Source of the DNA: an uncultured Acetobacteraceae bacterium
GTDB taxonomy: Bacteria > Pseudomonadota > Alphaproteobacteria > Acetobacterales > Acetobacteraceae
DNA length: 64,000 bases
Direction: 5' to 3'
Assembly (NCBI GenBank): GCA_937902425.1
Contig: CALFNB010000065.1
Span: 3,167-67,166, forward strand
The position numbers were made by a program, and so were the translations under genes. This document shows, piece after piece, positions 27,116 through 35,765 of the stretch. The notes below the pieces were generated by a model, which was not told the DNA's origin, did not search any database, and was given only the letters and a program-made list of their open reading frames with translations. How positions within the stretch are numbered: the first letter of the stretch is position 1; the number at the start of each line of letters is the position of its first letter.

Positions 27116-27971
27116 AATCGACAAGGACAGAGACCCCCTGGCGTGCCTGGCTTCGCGTCGCCCGTACATCAATTGCCGCCGGCCATACAGGTCAGACGCG
27201 GCAATCGCTGGGGACGGCGGAGGCACGAGTGCCTGGCGGCTCGGATCGACCTGGCCCAGACCCAATTTGCCGGGTGGGCAGCCGAACGTCACCGAAATCA
27301 CGGACGCACTTCACACCCTGGGCGAGGGCAATCGCGCGCATGCCGTCCGGATCATCGATGCCGCCTCAGGCAACTGAAACCGAATGCTGGTTTCGCTTCG
27401 CGAGTGGCGCGTTCTTTGACGAAGCCGTCGGCCATCGACCGGTGGGCATCGACTGGTAGAGCGTGCGAGCCGGCTCTGTCGTGGCGTTGACTGACGGGCG
27501 GCTGGCGTGGCAATCCTGTCGAGGCTGACGGCCGCCGTCGTTCACTTCGCGGCTCGTGCCGCGATCAATTTGAAGCGGGACGCGAGTTAAGTACTTTCCG
27601 AGCCTGTCCGGGATGGATCGTCGTCGCATATTGTTTCTGAGTCGGGTCAACGCGATCTGAACCCGCCACCCACGAAATTCATTGGACTGTCCGCATTGCA
27701 CGACCGGCCTGATCGGAACCAGAACCAAATGGAAGAAGCCGACACATCCAACACCGTTTTCTCGATCCGGCAGGTCGCGGACACGCCGCCGCGGCGGCAA
27801 TCGTTCGCATCACGTGTACTACTCCCGCGGCTCATGGAATGGCTCGTCAGCGCAGCGGTCGAGCGGAGTGGCCCGTGTCGTGAATAGCCGTTCAACCTTT
27901 CCGTTCCTGGTGCGATCGTGGGTCAACATCGCATGGTCGGATGAGGAATTTTTGTCCCAACCGGGCAGCCC

Positions 27972-29153
27972 ATGAATAGCAACCCCGCGACCACCGGTTT
28001 CACGGTTGGCGGAAACGTCGCGGCGACGCCCGGTAAGGTCGTGTTTCGCGACGCGGTGATGGAACTGATCCAATACGCTCCGGCGACCGCCACGCTCGGG
28101 GCCGAACCTGTGTTGATCGTGCCCGCGTGGATCATGAAATATTACATACTGGACCTGTCATCGGCGAATTCGTTGATCCTCTGGCTCGTGAGCCAGGGTC
28201 GCACGGTGTTTCTGATATCCTGGCGCAATCCTGGCGCTGAGCTCCACGATACCTCGCTTGAGGATTACCGTTTACTCGGCATCATGGCGGCCATCGACGC
28301 TGTGCGCGCGATCTGTGGCGATGCGAAAATCCACGCCACCGGCTACTGCCTTGGTGGCACGTTGCTGAGCATCGCCGCCGCCACGATGGCACGCGATGGC
28401 GACGACCGGCTGGCCAGTTTGTCGCTGTTCGCGGCGCAGACTGATTTCACCGAGGTGGGCGAACTGCAATTGTTCATGACCGAGGATCAACTCGATGTGT
28501 TGAGCGACATCACGCAAGCCCAGGGATATCTGGACAGCGCACAATTGGGCGGCATATTGCAGATGCCAGGCTCGAATGACCTGGTCTGGAATGGCGCGAT
28601 CCGAGATTACCTGCTTGGCGAGCATGACGCTTCAGGCGACCTCCTGGCCTGGAACGCCGATGGTCCCCGCCTGCCGCCACGCATGCACATTGAGTATCTG
28701 CGCCACCTTTTTCTTCACAATGACCTGGCGGAGGGCCGCTTTCGGGTCGCCGGTCGGCGGCTGACGCTGCATGACCTGGATCTCCCAATGTTCGTCGTGG
28801 GGACTGAACGCGATCAGGTCGCGCGATGGCGATCCGTGTTTAAGTTGCATCTGCTGAACGACGGCGAACTGACATTCGTCCTGACGTCCGGTGGCCACAA
28901 TGCCGGTATCGTCAGCGAGCCTGGGCGCGAGAACAGGCACTTCCGCATCCGCGTCCGAAGGGCCGGTGCCAGAACGCTTACTCCAGATGAATGGGAGCGG
29001 GTCACGGCGCCCAGGGCGGGATCGTGGTGGCTGGCATGGAGCCTATGGCTGGACGAGCACTCATCAGGACCGCCGGGCGACCCACCGCCGATGGGTGCGC
29101 CCGGATTCCCACCGATTTGCGACGCACCGGGCCCTTATGTGCTTGAAGCGTAG
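27972..29153 (+). CDS. phaC: PHA synthase catalytic domain only (N-terminally truncated PhaC-like; possibly a pseudogene)
   Basis: TPGKVVF..MELIQY, PAWIMKYYILDL, lipase box GYCLGG, Asp in TERDQVA, His in SGGHNAG; only 393 aa. Confidence 0.75.
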   Translation: MNSNPATTGFTVGGNVAATPGKVVFRDAVMELIQYAPATATLGAEPVLIVPAWIMKYYILDLSSANSLILWLVSQGRTVFLISWRNPGAELHDTSLEDYRLLGIMAAIDAVRAICGDAKIHATGYCLGGTLLSIAAATMARDGDDRLASLSLFAAQTDFTEVGELQLFMTEDQLDVLSDITQAQGYLDSAQLGGILQMPGSNDLVWNGAIRDYLLGEHDASGDLLAWNADGPRLPPRMHIEYLRHLFLHNDLAEGRFRVAGRRLTLHDLDLPMFVVGTERDQVARWRSVFKLHLLNDGELTFVLTSGGHNAGIVSEPGRENRHFRIRVRRAGARTLTPDEWERVTAPRAGSWWLAWSLWLDEHSSGPPGDPPPMGAPGFPPICDAPGPYVLEA

Positions 29154-29343
29154 GCTGGTTTTGCCTTTTGATAAGTCCCGTGGTGTCAAAATGACCGGTA
29201 TTTGACCCCTCCAGATCGGGCGGCACACCGCGATAGGTATTTTCCGGCCCTGCCGTAACAACGACCTGCTCACTATGTTGGTAACGCTAAATGAACGCGG
29301 GCGAACATGTCGAGCGTCGCCAGAGCACCAGGAGAAAGTTGTC

Positions 29344-29526
29344 ATGGATAAGAACCGGATTATTGGCGCCGCGAAAGAGGCCAAAGGTGCCGTCAAGCAA
29401 GCGATCGGCAAGGCCACCGGCGATGCGAAGTTGCAGGCCGACGGCAATGCCGACAAGGTCGAAGGTAAGGTCCAGAACGCCATCGGCGGCCTGAACGACG
29501 CTGCTCGGCATGCGCTCAAGAAGTAA
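29344..29526 (+). CDS. csbD: CsbD-family stress protein
   Basis: AGGAG SD; MDKNRIIGAAKEAKGAVKQAIGKATGDAKLQADG. Confidence 0.9.
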   Translation: MDKNRIIGAAKEAKGAVKQAIGKATGDAKLQADGNADKVEGKVQNAIGGLNDAARHALKK

Positions 29527-29580
29527 TCGCTAACGTACGCTCCCCATCGGGGCGATCGAAATCTACTGGGGAGATTGGTC

Positions 29581-29748
29581 ATGGGCCTGATTCTGTTGAT
29601 CGTGGTGATCGTGCTGATTTTTGGCGGCGGTGGAGGGTACTACGCTCACAGCCGCTATGGCGGCGCTGGACTTGGCGGCGTTCTTGGCATCGTGCTGATT
29701 GTCCTCCTCATCGTTTGGCTGCTCGGTGGCGTGGGGATGTACCGGTGA
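29581..29748 (+). CDS. Small membrane protein, DUF3309-like (55 aa), below the ORF-track cutoff
   Basis: GGGAG SD; MGLILLIVVIVLIFGGGGGYYAHSRYGGAGLGGVLGIVLIVLLIVWLLGGVGMYR. Confidence 0.8.
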   Translation: MGLILLIVVIVLIFGGGGGYYAHSRYGGAGLGGVLGIVLIVLLIVWLLGGVGMYR

Positions 29749-29826
29749 CCGTGAACGCGGACGCGCGTTGATCGCCCCGATGATCGCGGACATGGCTGTG
29801 CGGGCGATAAAGGGATGGAGGTCCTG

Positions 29827-30063
29827 ATGGGTCGATCCATGAGTGCGCTTGTGATGGGTGGGGCGGTTCTGGTGCTTCTTGGGTTGCTTGTATTCGCCAT
29901 TCCTGTTTTCACGACCCAACAAACCACCGACGTTGCCCGGATCGGCGACCTGAAGCTACAGACCACTGAGAGCAAGTCGTATGCTATCCCACCCTTCGTG
30001 GGTGGTGGAGCGTTGATCCTTGGTGTCGTGCTGATCGCGGCGGGCTTCTATCAGAAGCGTTGA
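29827..30063 (+). CDS. Small two-TM membrane protein (DUF3185-like)
   Basis: GGAGG SD; TM - TTDVARIGDLKLQT - TM layout. Confidence 0.75.
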   Translation: MGRSMSALVMGGAVLVLLGLLVFAIPVFTTQQTTDVARIGDLKLQTTESKSYAIPPFVGGGALILGVVLIAAGFYQKR

Positions 30064-30313
30064 CCAGCCGCGGGGATTTACACCCGGACAGCCACGGCAC
30101 GTAACGAATCGGAGGCCCGGCGTTGTCCTCCTCGGCGGCGAGGACGACAACCGCTTCCGTGCCAGCCGTCATTGATGGCCGCCATCGATTTGACTGACGA
30201 TCCCCACCGATGCCCACGGTTCGCGCGGAATGGATCAGCCGCTTCTGGCAGCCTTGCCCGCCGACATGGCCCGAAGCGATCCCGATAACCGCATCGAAGC
30301 CGCCAGATCCATT

Positions 30314-30517
30314 TTATCGCGGGACGTTATCAACGGGGTGGTCCTGATGGTCTGGGTCAATCGTCCGCGCCAGTTGACGGATCGCTTCCGCGAGTTGGCG
30401 GTTTGCCTCAGCGAGCAATTGCTCGATGCGCGCACGCTCCTCGTCGCCGAGGCGCTGCCTCAGCATCGCGCGATAACGATCGATGTTCATTTGGATGATA
30501 CAGGGTTCTTCTATCAT
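30314..30517 (-). CDS. Small helical hypothetical protein
   Basis: IIQMNIDRYRAML..EERARIEQLLAEA, amphipathic; weak SD. Confidence 0.6.
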   Translation of the reverse strand: MIEEPCIIQMNIDRYRAMLRQRLGDEERARIEQLLAEANRQLAEAIRQLARTIDPDHQDHPVDNVPR

Positions 30518-30641
30518 CGCGGTTCTCAAGGAAAGGGATGGAAGCCGGAACAACCCGTGGTACTGGCGGCAGGCATGCGGGGACGATCATCGTCCCAATA
30601 ACAAGGCGAAGGCCGGAAGGGTGGGACCCACAACGTCATTA

Positions 30642-30674
30642 TGTCGGATAGCCGACAGAGTTGATCCATGTCAA
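30642..30674. promoter_or_regulatory. Palindrome TGTCGG-N4-CCGACA plus adjacent FNR/FixK-type box TTGAT-N4-GTCAA
   Basis: Read directly at 30642-30657 and 30661-30674, about 70 bp upstream of the LuxR gene, between divergent ORFs. Confidence 0.55.
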
Positions 30675-30743
30675 TGCGGTTCGACTGTCGCGCTGGAAAT
30701 TTTCGTCCGCCCCAACTGTCTCAGACCAGGAAAGGTTGACGAC

Positions 30744-31310
30744 ATGATGCGAAACACCGCCTCGCGTTCGCATATCCCAAGCTTCGAGCACCCGGAGCGC
30801 CGTGCGGACGCGGACCTTGACCGCGAGCTGGCGAGACAGGAAACGCGACTGCGCGAAGCCCTCGCGAAAGTGCAGGCCCTGCGTCGTCAGGCTGATGAGA
30901 AGATGCAACCGGCTGAGGGCAGTGTCGTGCACTCGCTGTTCGCCGCGCGAGAAGCCGCGGCGTGTCGTATCGCGAGTCTGACGCCACGTGAGCGCGAGGT
31001 CCTGGATCTGGTCGTAGGCGGCCACCCCAGTAAAATTATCGCCAGGGAACTCGGCATCAACCAACGCACCGTTGAAAATCATCGCGCATCGATAATGCGT
31101 AAGACCGACTCGAAGTCGCTTCCCGCGTTGGCCCGCCTGGTGATCGCCGCCGCCTGGAACGCCAACGATGGACCGCTCGTTCCAAATGTGCCACAAATGG
31201 TGGCTGCCTCTGCATCGCCAGGAAGCGGCGAACCATTGCTTGACGGCCGGACGGCGATGGCGCCAACCAGATTCAGCAACTGCTGCCGCGTGACGGAGGT
31301 TTGTTCATAA
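30744..31310 (+). CDS. LuxR-type HTH regulator lacking a receiver domain
   Basis: Coiled-coil-like N-terminus, then SLTPREREVL..GHPSK.IA.ELGINQRTVENHR. Confidence 0.8.
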   Translation: MMRNTASRSHIPSFEHPERRADADLDRELARQETRLREALAKVQALRRQADEKMQPAEGSVVHSLFAAREAAACRIASLTPREREVLDLVVGGHPSKIIARELGINQRTVENHRASIMRKTDSKSLPALARLVIAAAWNANDGPLVPNVPQMVAASASPGSGEPLLDGRTAMAPTRFSNCCRVTEVCS

Positions 31311-31377
31311 GTCTCACGCTGATGCGTTCTTCGATACGCCCACTCAAGCGGCTCCTGGGCAATAATTCTGTTCAGCC

Positions 31378-31391
31378 CTGATCCAGATCAA
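31378..31391. promoter_or_regulatory. FNR/FixK-like box
   Basis: CTGAT-CCAG-ATCAA, one mismatch to TTGAT-N4-ATCAA, intergenic. Confidence 0.4.
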
Positions 31392-31547
31392 TGTGTTCGC
31401 TCGGCATCAAGGTTAAATAGCGGGCGCCTACCGCGCCGACATTGTTCGTCTGGAGCAAACAATGGTGTCGCCAGTTTTTCTTACGGACCCCAAATATCCC
31501 TGGGGCAGACAAAGACCGGGAAACGCGACACCACGAAGGATGCAATC

Positions 31548-31700
31548 ATGAACTAGAAACTGATGACCGTATTGACCTTGCTCTCACTTTTGGCCGCCGC
31601 GCCACTCTTGAGTGCCTGTCACACCACAGCCGGGGCTGGTCAGGATATCTCCGCCACTGGCAAAGCGATCGAGAAAGCCGCCGACAAGCACACTCCCTGA
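31548..31700 (+). CDS. Entericidin EcnA/B-family lipoprotein with in-frame TAG at codon 3 (alternative start 31563)
   Basis: AAGGA SD; MN*KLMTVLTLLSLLAAAPLLSACHTTAGAGQDISATGKAIEKAADKHTP; lipobox LSAC and C.T..G.GQDI motif. Confidence 0.75.
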
Positions 31701-31957
31701 TGACCGGCGACCGCCGAACGGAAACAGCCTGGCGTCGCCACCCGTTGAAATGGAGGGGCGTCCCATGCGTCTTGTCCATCTCGTAAGCGTGCCAGCGATG
31801 ACCGAGTGGCCGCCTCAAATCAGGGACGCGCCGCATCCCGGGCGATGGGGCCAGGCGCGCGCCACCCAGTTGATCGACGTCACACCGTCGAGTTGAGGCC
31901 GATCCGCCGCCTGGCCACTCAATGTCGGGACGGAGCCAGCAAACAATGGAGAATGCG

Positions 31958-32416
31958 ATGTTGCGACCCGCGAAATTCCTGCGAACGTTAGCCGCCGCCG
32001 TCGCGCTGGCCACGACAGCCGGCTGCACTCCATCCGAGAAGGCGGCCGCCCCGGCGCCCGGCGCTGAACAGGCCGGCGCCTGGTACCAGATTTACTTCGA
32101 GGCCGGCAGTTCCCGGGTCAAAGACAAAGCGGAGATCATCATCAGGAGCGTGGCCAATCTCGTCGCGACCGAAGGCCCATCGCGGGTGACGGTGATCGGC
32201 AAGACGGATCGTATCGGTGCCCCACCCGCCAATGTGGCGCTGTCGCGCCGGCGCGCGGACGCGGTTCGCGATGCGCTGATCGCCGTCGGGGTGCCGGCTT
32301 CCAGTATCGCAACGAGTTGGACCGGGGAACGCAAGCAACAAATGGCTACAGCGAATGAGGTCGACGAACAGGGCAACCGGGTCGTCGATATCACCGTGCT
32401 GAAGCTACCGCGCTGA
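31958..32416 (+). CDS. OmpA-family peptidoglycan-binding lipoprotein
   Basis: TAGC lipobox; IYFEAGSS, GKTDRIG..N.ALSRRRADAV, NRVVDI. Confidence 0.88.
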   Translation: MLRPAKFLRTLAAAVALATTAGCTPSEKAAAPAPGAEQAGAWYQIYFEAGSSRVKDKAEIIIRSVANLVATEGPSRVTVIGKTDRIGAPPANVALSRRRADAVRDALIAVGVPASSIATSWTGERKQQMATANEVDEQGNRVVDITVLKLPR

Positions 32417-32606
32417 CCAACGGCAGGTAACTCGTGCCTGCCGATACAATCAATCGTGACCTGGGAACGGGTTCGATTTCCCCGTGAGTAGTTTCCGATG
32501 GCTGACATTCGGCACTCTCAAGCCCAGTTTGCATAGTTGGGTTTCGTTCGCGCCGCTCACGAATGGCAGCGCGGCGAGATCGTCAGACCTCGATAAGGAC
32601 ACCGCC

Positions 32607-33140
32607 ATGACCTCCCGCTTCCATCCAATCACCTTGCCCGCGCCGTTCAGTCGCTCGCTTGCCGTCGCGGCGCTTATGGGCGCCACGATAATCGCCGGTT
32701 CGCTGACCGCGGCGCGCGCCGATACCGTCTCGAATGCGGCGTTCCAGTTGGCACAGGCCTCCTCACCACAAAGTCAGGCCGGTGCCGGGGCCACTGCAGC
32801 GAAGGGGGAAACCGTCGAGCAACGCATCAGCAACCTTCGTGCGGCATTGAAAATCACGCCCGACGAGGACGTGAAATGGAACGCCGTGGCGCAGTCCATG
32901 CGTGAAAATGCCGCGGCCAGGGACAAGCTGGTCTCGGAAAGCCGGACAACGCCCCCGCAAAGCATGACCGCGGTGGAAGATTTGCAGATGTATCAGAAAT
33001 TCGCGCAGACACATGTCGATGGGCTGAAGAATCTCATCTCTTCGTTCACGGCGCTGTACTCGGCGATGCCTGATGCTCAGAAGAAAACAGCCGACGGAGT
33101 CTTTCAGTCCGCGCATCATGCCGCCGCGGCGCACAGCTAA
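32607..33140 (+). CDS. Spy/CpxP (LTXXQ-motif) family periplasmic protein
   Basis: Signal peptide; VEQRISNLRAALKITPDE..W..VAQ.MREN, F..LY..MPDAQKK.AD..F. Confidence 0.8.
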   Translation: MTSRFHPITLPAPFSRSLAVAALMGATIIAGSLTAARADTVSNAAFQLAQASSPQSQAGAGATAAKGETVEQRISNLRAALKITPDEDVKWNAVAQSMRENAAARDKLVSESRTTPPQSMTAVEDLQMYQKFAQTHVDGLKNLISSFTALYSAMPDAQKKTADGVFQSAHHAAAAHS

Positions 33141-33188
33141 GCGCACGGACGGGCGAGTTGGCTGGTTGTACGCTGATGACAGGAGATT

Positions 33189-33491
33189 ATGATGACCTGG
33201 CTTAAATTCAAATCGAAACGCCGTTTGTTGGCGGCTCTCGCGGCGGGGGTTATTCTCTCCGCGACATTCGCCGTCGTGGCTTTGCCGGGATCGGCTGCCG
33301 CCGCGGATCACAGGGGCGGCGGCGAGCATCGCGGTGGCGGTGGGTATCGCGGTGGCGGTGGGTATCGCGGTGGCGGCTGGGGCGGCGGGTATTATCGCGG
33401 TCCGCCCGTTGTCTATGGCTCGCCTTATTATTATGCCCCACCGCCGGTCGTTTACGGCTTCCCCTTTGGCCTGAATTTCAATATCCGCTGA
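33189..33491 (+). CDS. Secreted Gly/Arg/Tyr/Pro-rich small protein
   Basis: AGGAG SD; signal peptide; (YRGGGG) repeats; PPVVYG repeats. Confidence 0.75.
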   Translation: MMTWLKFKSKRRLLAALAAGVILSATFAVVALPGSAAAADHRGGGEHRGGGGYRGGGGYRGGGWGGGYYRGPPVVYGSPYYYAPPPVVYGFPFGLNFNIR

Positions 33492-33589
33492 GGTTCGTGT
33501 CAATCCGGACAGGCAACGGCCGGCGGAGATGCCGGTCGTTCCACCGAGCGACCGGGAAATACAGGACCAATCGACCGCTGATCGATGCC

Positions 33590-33960
33590 TGACTTCGCAA
33601 CGGTCGGCAAAAAGCCGCGAAAGCAAATGCGACATTCGGTGGCGAAGGCTGGACAAGGATTGAAGTGGTCGGTATCCCGGCCACCTTTGAACTTCGCGAA
33701 AAGATCGTCGCGCCTGGTGTCGGAGCGCACGCACCAAAGTGGATCTCCATCCCGAGAACCTTTGGGATCGCGATATCACCATCACCACACGCCTGGTCGA
33801 TGCCGTCAGTACGCCGATGCTACTCAACAGCCTTCGTTCGCACGAGATCGATCCGAAGCTGCTTATTACTCATCGTTCCGATCTTGATCATATTATCGAC
33901 GCGTATGAAACCGTCGGCCATGCCGCGATACGCAGGCACTCAAGGTAATCATCGAGGTGT
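33590..33960 (+). pseudogene. C-terminal remnant of a zinc-dependent alcohol dehydrogenase
   Basis: VGIPATFEL.EKIVAPG in one frame; DLH.ENLWDRDITITTRLVDAVSTPMLL..IDPKLLITHR..HIIDAYET.GHAA in another; no N-terminus; left boundary approximate. Confidence 0.75.
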
Positions 33961-34126
33961 CGTGACGCCACGTTCGTAATAACATTGAGAAAGAGTCCGC
34001 TGTGACCTATCAAAGCATCAACCCCGCTGGCAGCCAGTTCCTGGAGCTGACCTCCGGCGAACACAAGACCGGACCCGTGGCCGCGGCTTGGACGGTCCAG
34101 CCGTACACCATCAGGGCTGCCGCGTA

Positions 34127-34603
34127 ATGTCGATCGCACCCCAAGGCGATGCGTTCGCCTTGAAGAATTCCGGCCTCAATGTGTTTCTCTTCGCCGAGGT
34201 CGGAACCGAGCAGAACGGCTCTCCCCTCACGGTCCTCTCGACCCTGGCACGGCTTGGCAAGGATCCCTGGGCTCAGGCGGCGGAGTGGGCCAAAATGCCA
34301 GCAGCCGCCACGGTGCCTCGCTTGACGCAAAGCATCATTCAGATGCCGCTGTGCCCACGCGCGCTCGCCGAAGCAAGTGCCACTTCCGCGCGGCTCATCA
34401 TGCTGCTGCCTCGGCAAACCGGCGCGACGATGCAAACCGCGGGCCGAACGGTTATTGAATTCAGGATGCCTGAGTGGCTGCCACGGGCGGTACTGGGCGT
34501 CATTCTGGGCCTCGCGGTCGTGGCCGGTGCGTTCGTGGCAGCGCCTACAACGCCCGTGACGCCGCCGACGCCGGTCGAGCAAACGATCGGGAGCGAACGG
34601 TAG
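34127..34603 (+). CDS. Conserved hypothetical protein with C-terminal TM anchor (FLFA-GTE-NG-DPW family)
   Basis: FLFAEVGTEQNGSPLTVLSTLARLGKDPW; paralog at 47930. Confidence 0.8.
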   Translation: MSIAPQGDAFALKNSGLNVFLFAEVGTEQNGSPLTVLSTLARLGKDPWAQAAEWAKMPAAATVPRLTQSIIQMPLCPRALAEASATSARLIMLLPRQTGATMQTAGRTVIEFRMPEWLPRAVLGVILGLAVVAGAFVAAPTTPVTPPTPVEQTIGSER

Positions 34604-34930
34604 CACGACGCAGTCGCAATCCGCGGGTGCGAGCAAGCGAACTGAGCCCTCGGCCGGCGGCCAGTCCTCAAGGCCGCCGCCGGTCAGCCAGGATCCAGGT
34701 CACCGCTGACCTGGACGCGGATGTCACCATGATAATCGTGGAATCGCCGTTCGTAAGCTTGATCGACCGTCATGTTCGCATGGTATTCCGGGCTGTCTTT
34801 GTGCCAACTGTCGCGACCAACCGTAGCCATTGATCCCAGATGCGGTCCACGACATCGCACACTCCTTCTCCGCCAGGTCGGAGGTCGGACGTCGGTTCGT
34901 CGAATGTGAAACAGGCCAGCCCGATACGGT

Positions 34931-35251
34931 TCAGGTGTTAAGTTTGGACGTGCGGTCGGGAGCGGTGAACATCGCTCCTGGCGATGTGGCACAATCGCAT
35001 TCCGCCGCTGGATCGTCCTCATAACTAAAATCAGCGGGCTGGTAATGAGATGACGGAAACGGTGTTGGACGATCTCCCATTGTTACGTCGATCGCGACCA
35101 GGCCGCCATCGCGCCGCACGCCGAAACCCCGTACCGCCTTGGCAACATCCTCCATTGTCGCGTGGTCATCAAGTGAAAGAAATACCACCCGGTCGTTGAA
35201 GACGATCCTCAGGTGGTCGTGTGCCGTCTGGTCTGTGTTAAGATATTGCAT
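34931..35251 (-). CDS. Hypothetical protein
   Basis: AAGGA SD; globular-looking N-half HLRIVFNDRVVFLSLDDHATMEDVA. Confidence 0.5.
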   Translation of the reverse strand: MQYLNTDQTAHDHLRIVFNDRVVFLSLDDHATMEDVAKAVRGFGVRRDGGLVAIDVTMGDRPTPFPSSHYQPADFSYEDDPAAECDCATSPGAMFTAPDRTSKLNT

Positions 35252-35765
35252 GAGACTTTTCCTTATCTTCTGCCCGGCCAATCAACTGGATTGGACGATA
35301 ACGAGTGCCGTGGCAGTGTGAGACGAACATTCCGCTTTTTGCCGCGATAGACGCCCAGGTCGACGGTGTTGCCCGATGGCGTGACCCTGGGGCAGGCGGT
35401 CATAGTGACGAGGCCTTCCGATGAACGATAGTCCCGGAAAATACCTACGGGGAGGCCGCGCCGTTTGATCCGGCACGGTGCGATACCAGGCTGTACTCCG
35501 GTCAGGGGATCACCATCGCACCATACTTGCGGGAGCGGTTCATACGGACCGCACCAAACATATCTCCGGCGCGTCGGCGGTGATCCTCATTGCCAGAGCA
35601 TCCCGACGCGCAACGCATAGGAAGCGAGAGGCGCGTCTCCGACCCAGGCCGCCAACGCCCGCGGTATCGCGAGAAAAAGCCAGCGATGTTCCGGGTACAC
35701 AACAGATAAAAACCAGCTCCGGGACCATGGGGGCCGCGCCATGGCCGATCGCCGCCATGGTCTGA

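Noticed and set aside
27143-27460. Possible fragment of a secreted protein (EITDALHTLGEGNRAHAVRIIDAA)
   Set aside because: No start, no continuous frame and no family I can name with confidence.
29255-29279. EcfG-type promoter GTAAC-N16-TGTT before csbD
   Set aside because: Mismatches in both elements relative to GGAAC/CGTT; plausible but unsupported.
33323-33385. 18-bp repeats in the Gly-rich gene (and 12-bp repeats at 22683-22713) as CRISPR-like
   Set aside because: In-frame coding repeats with no spacers and no cas genes.
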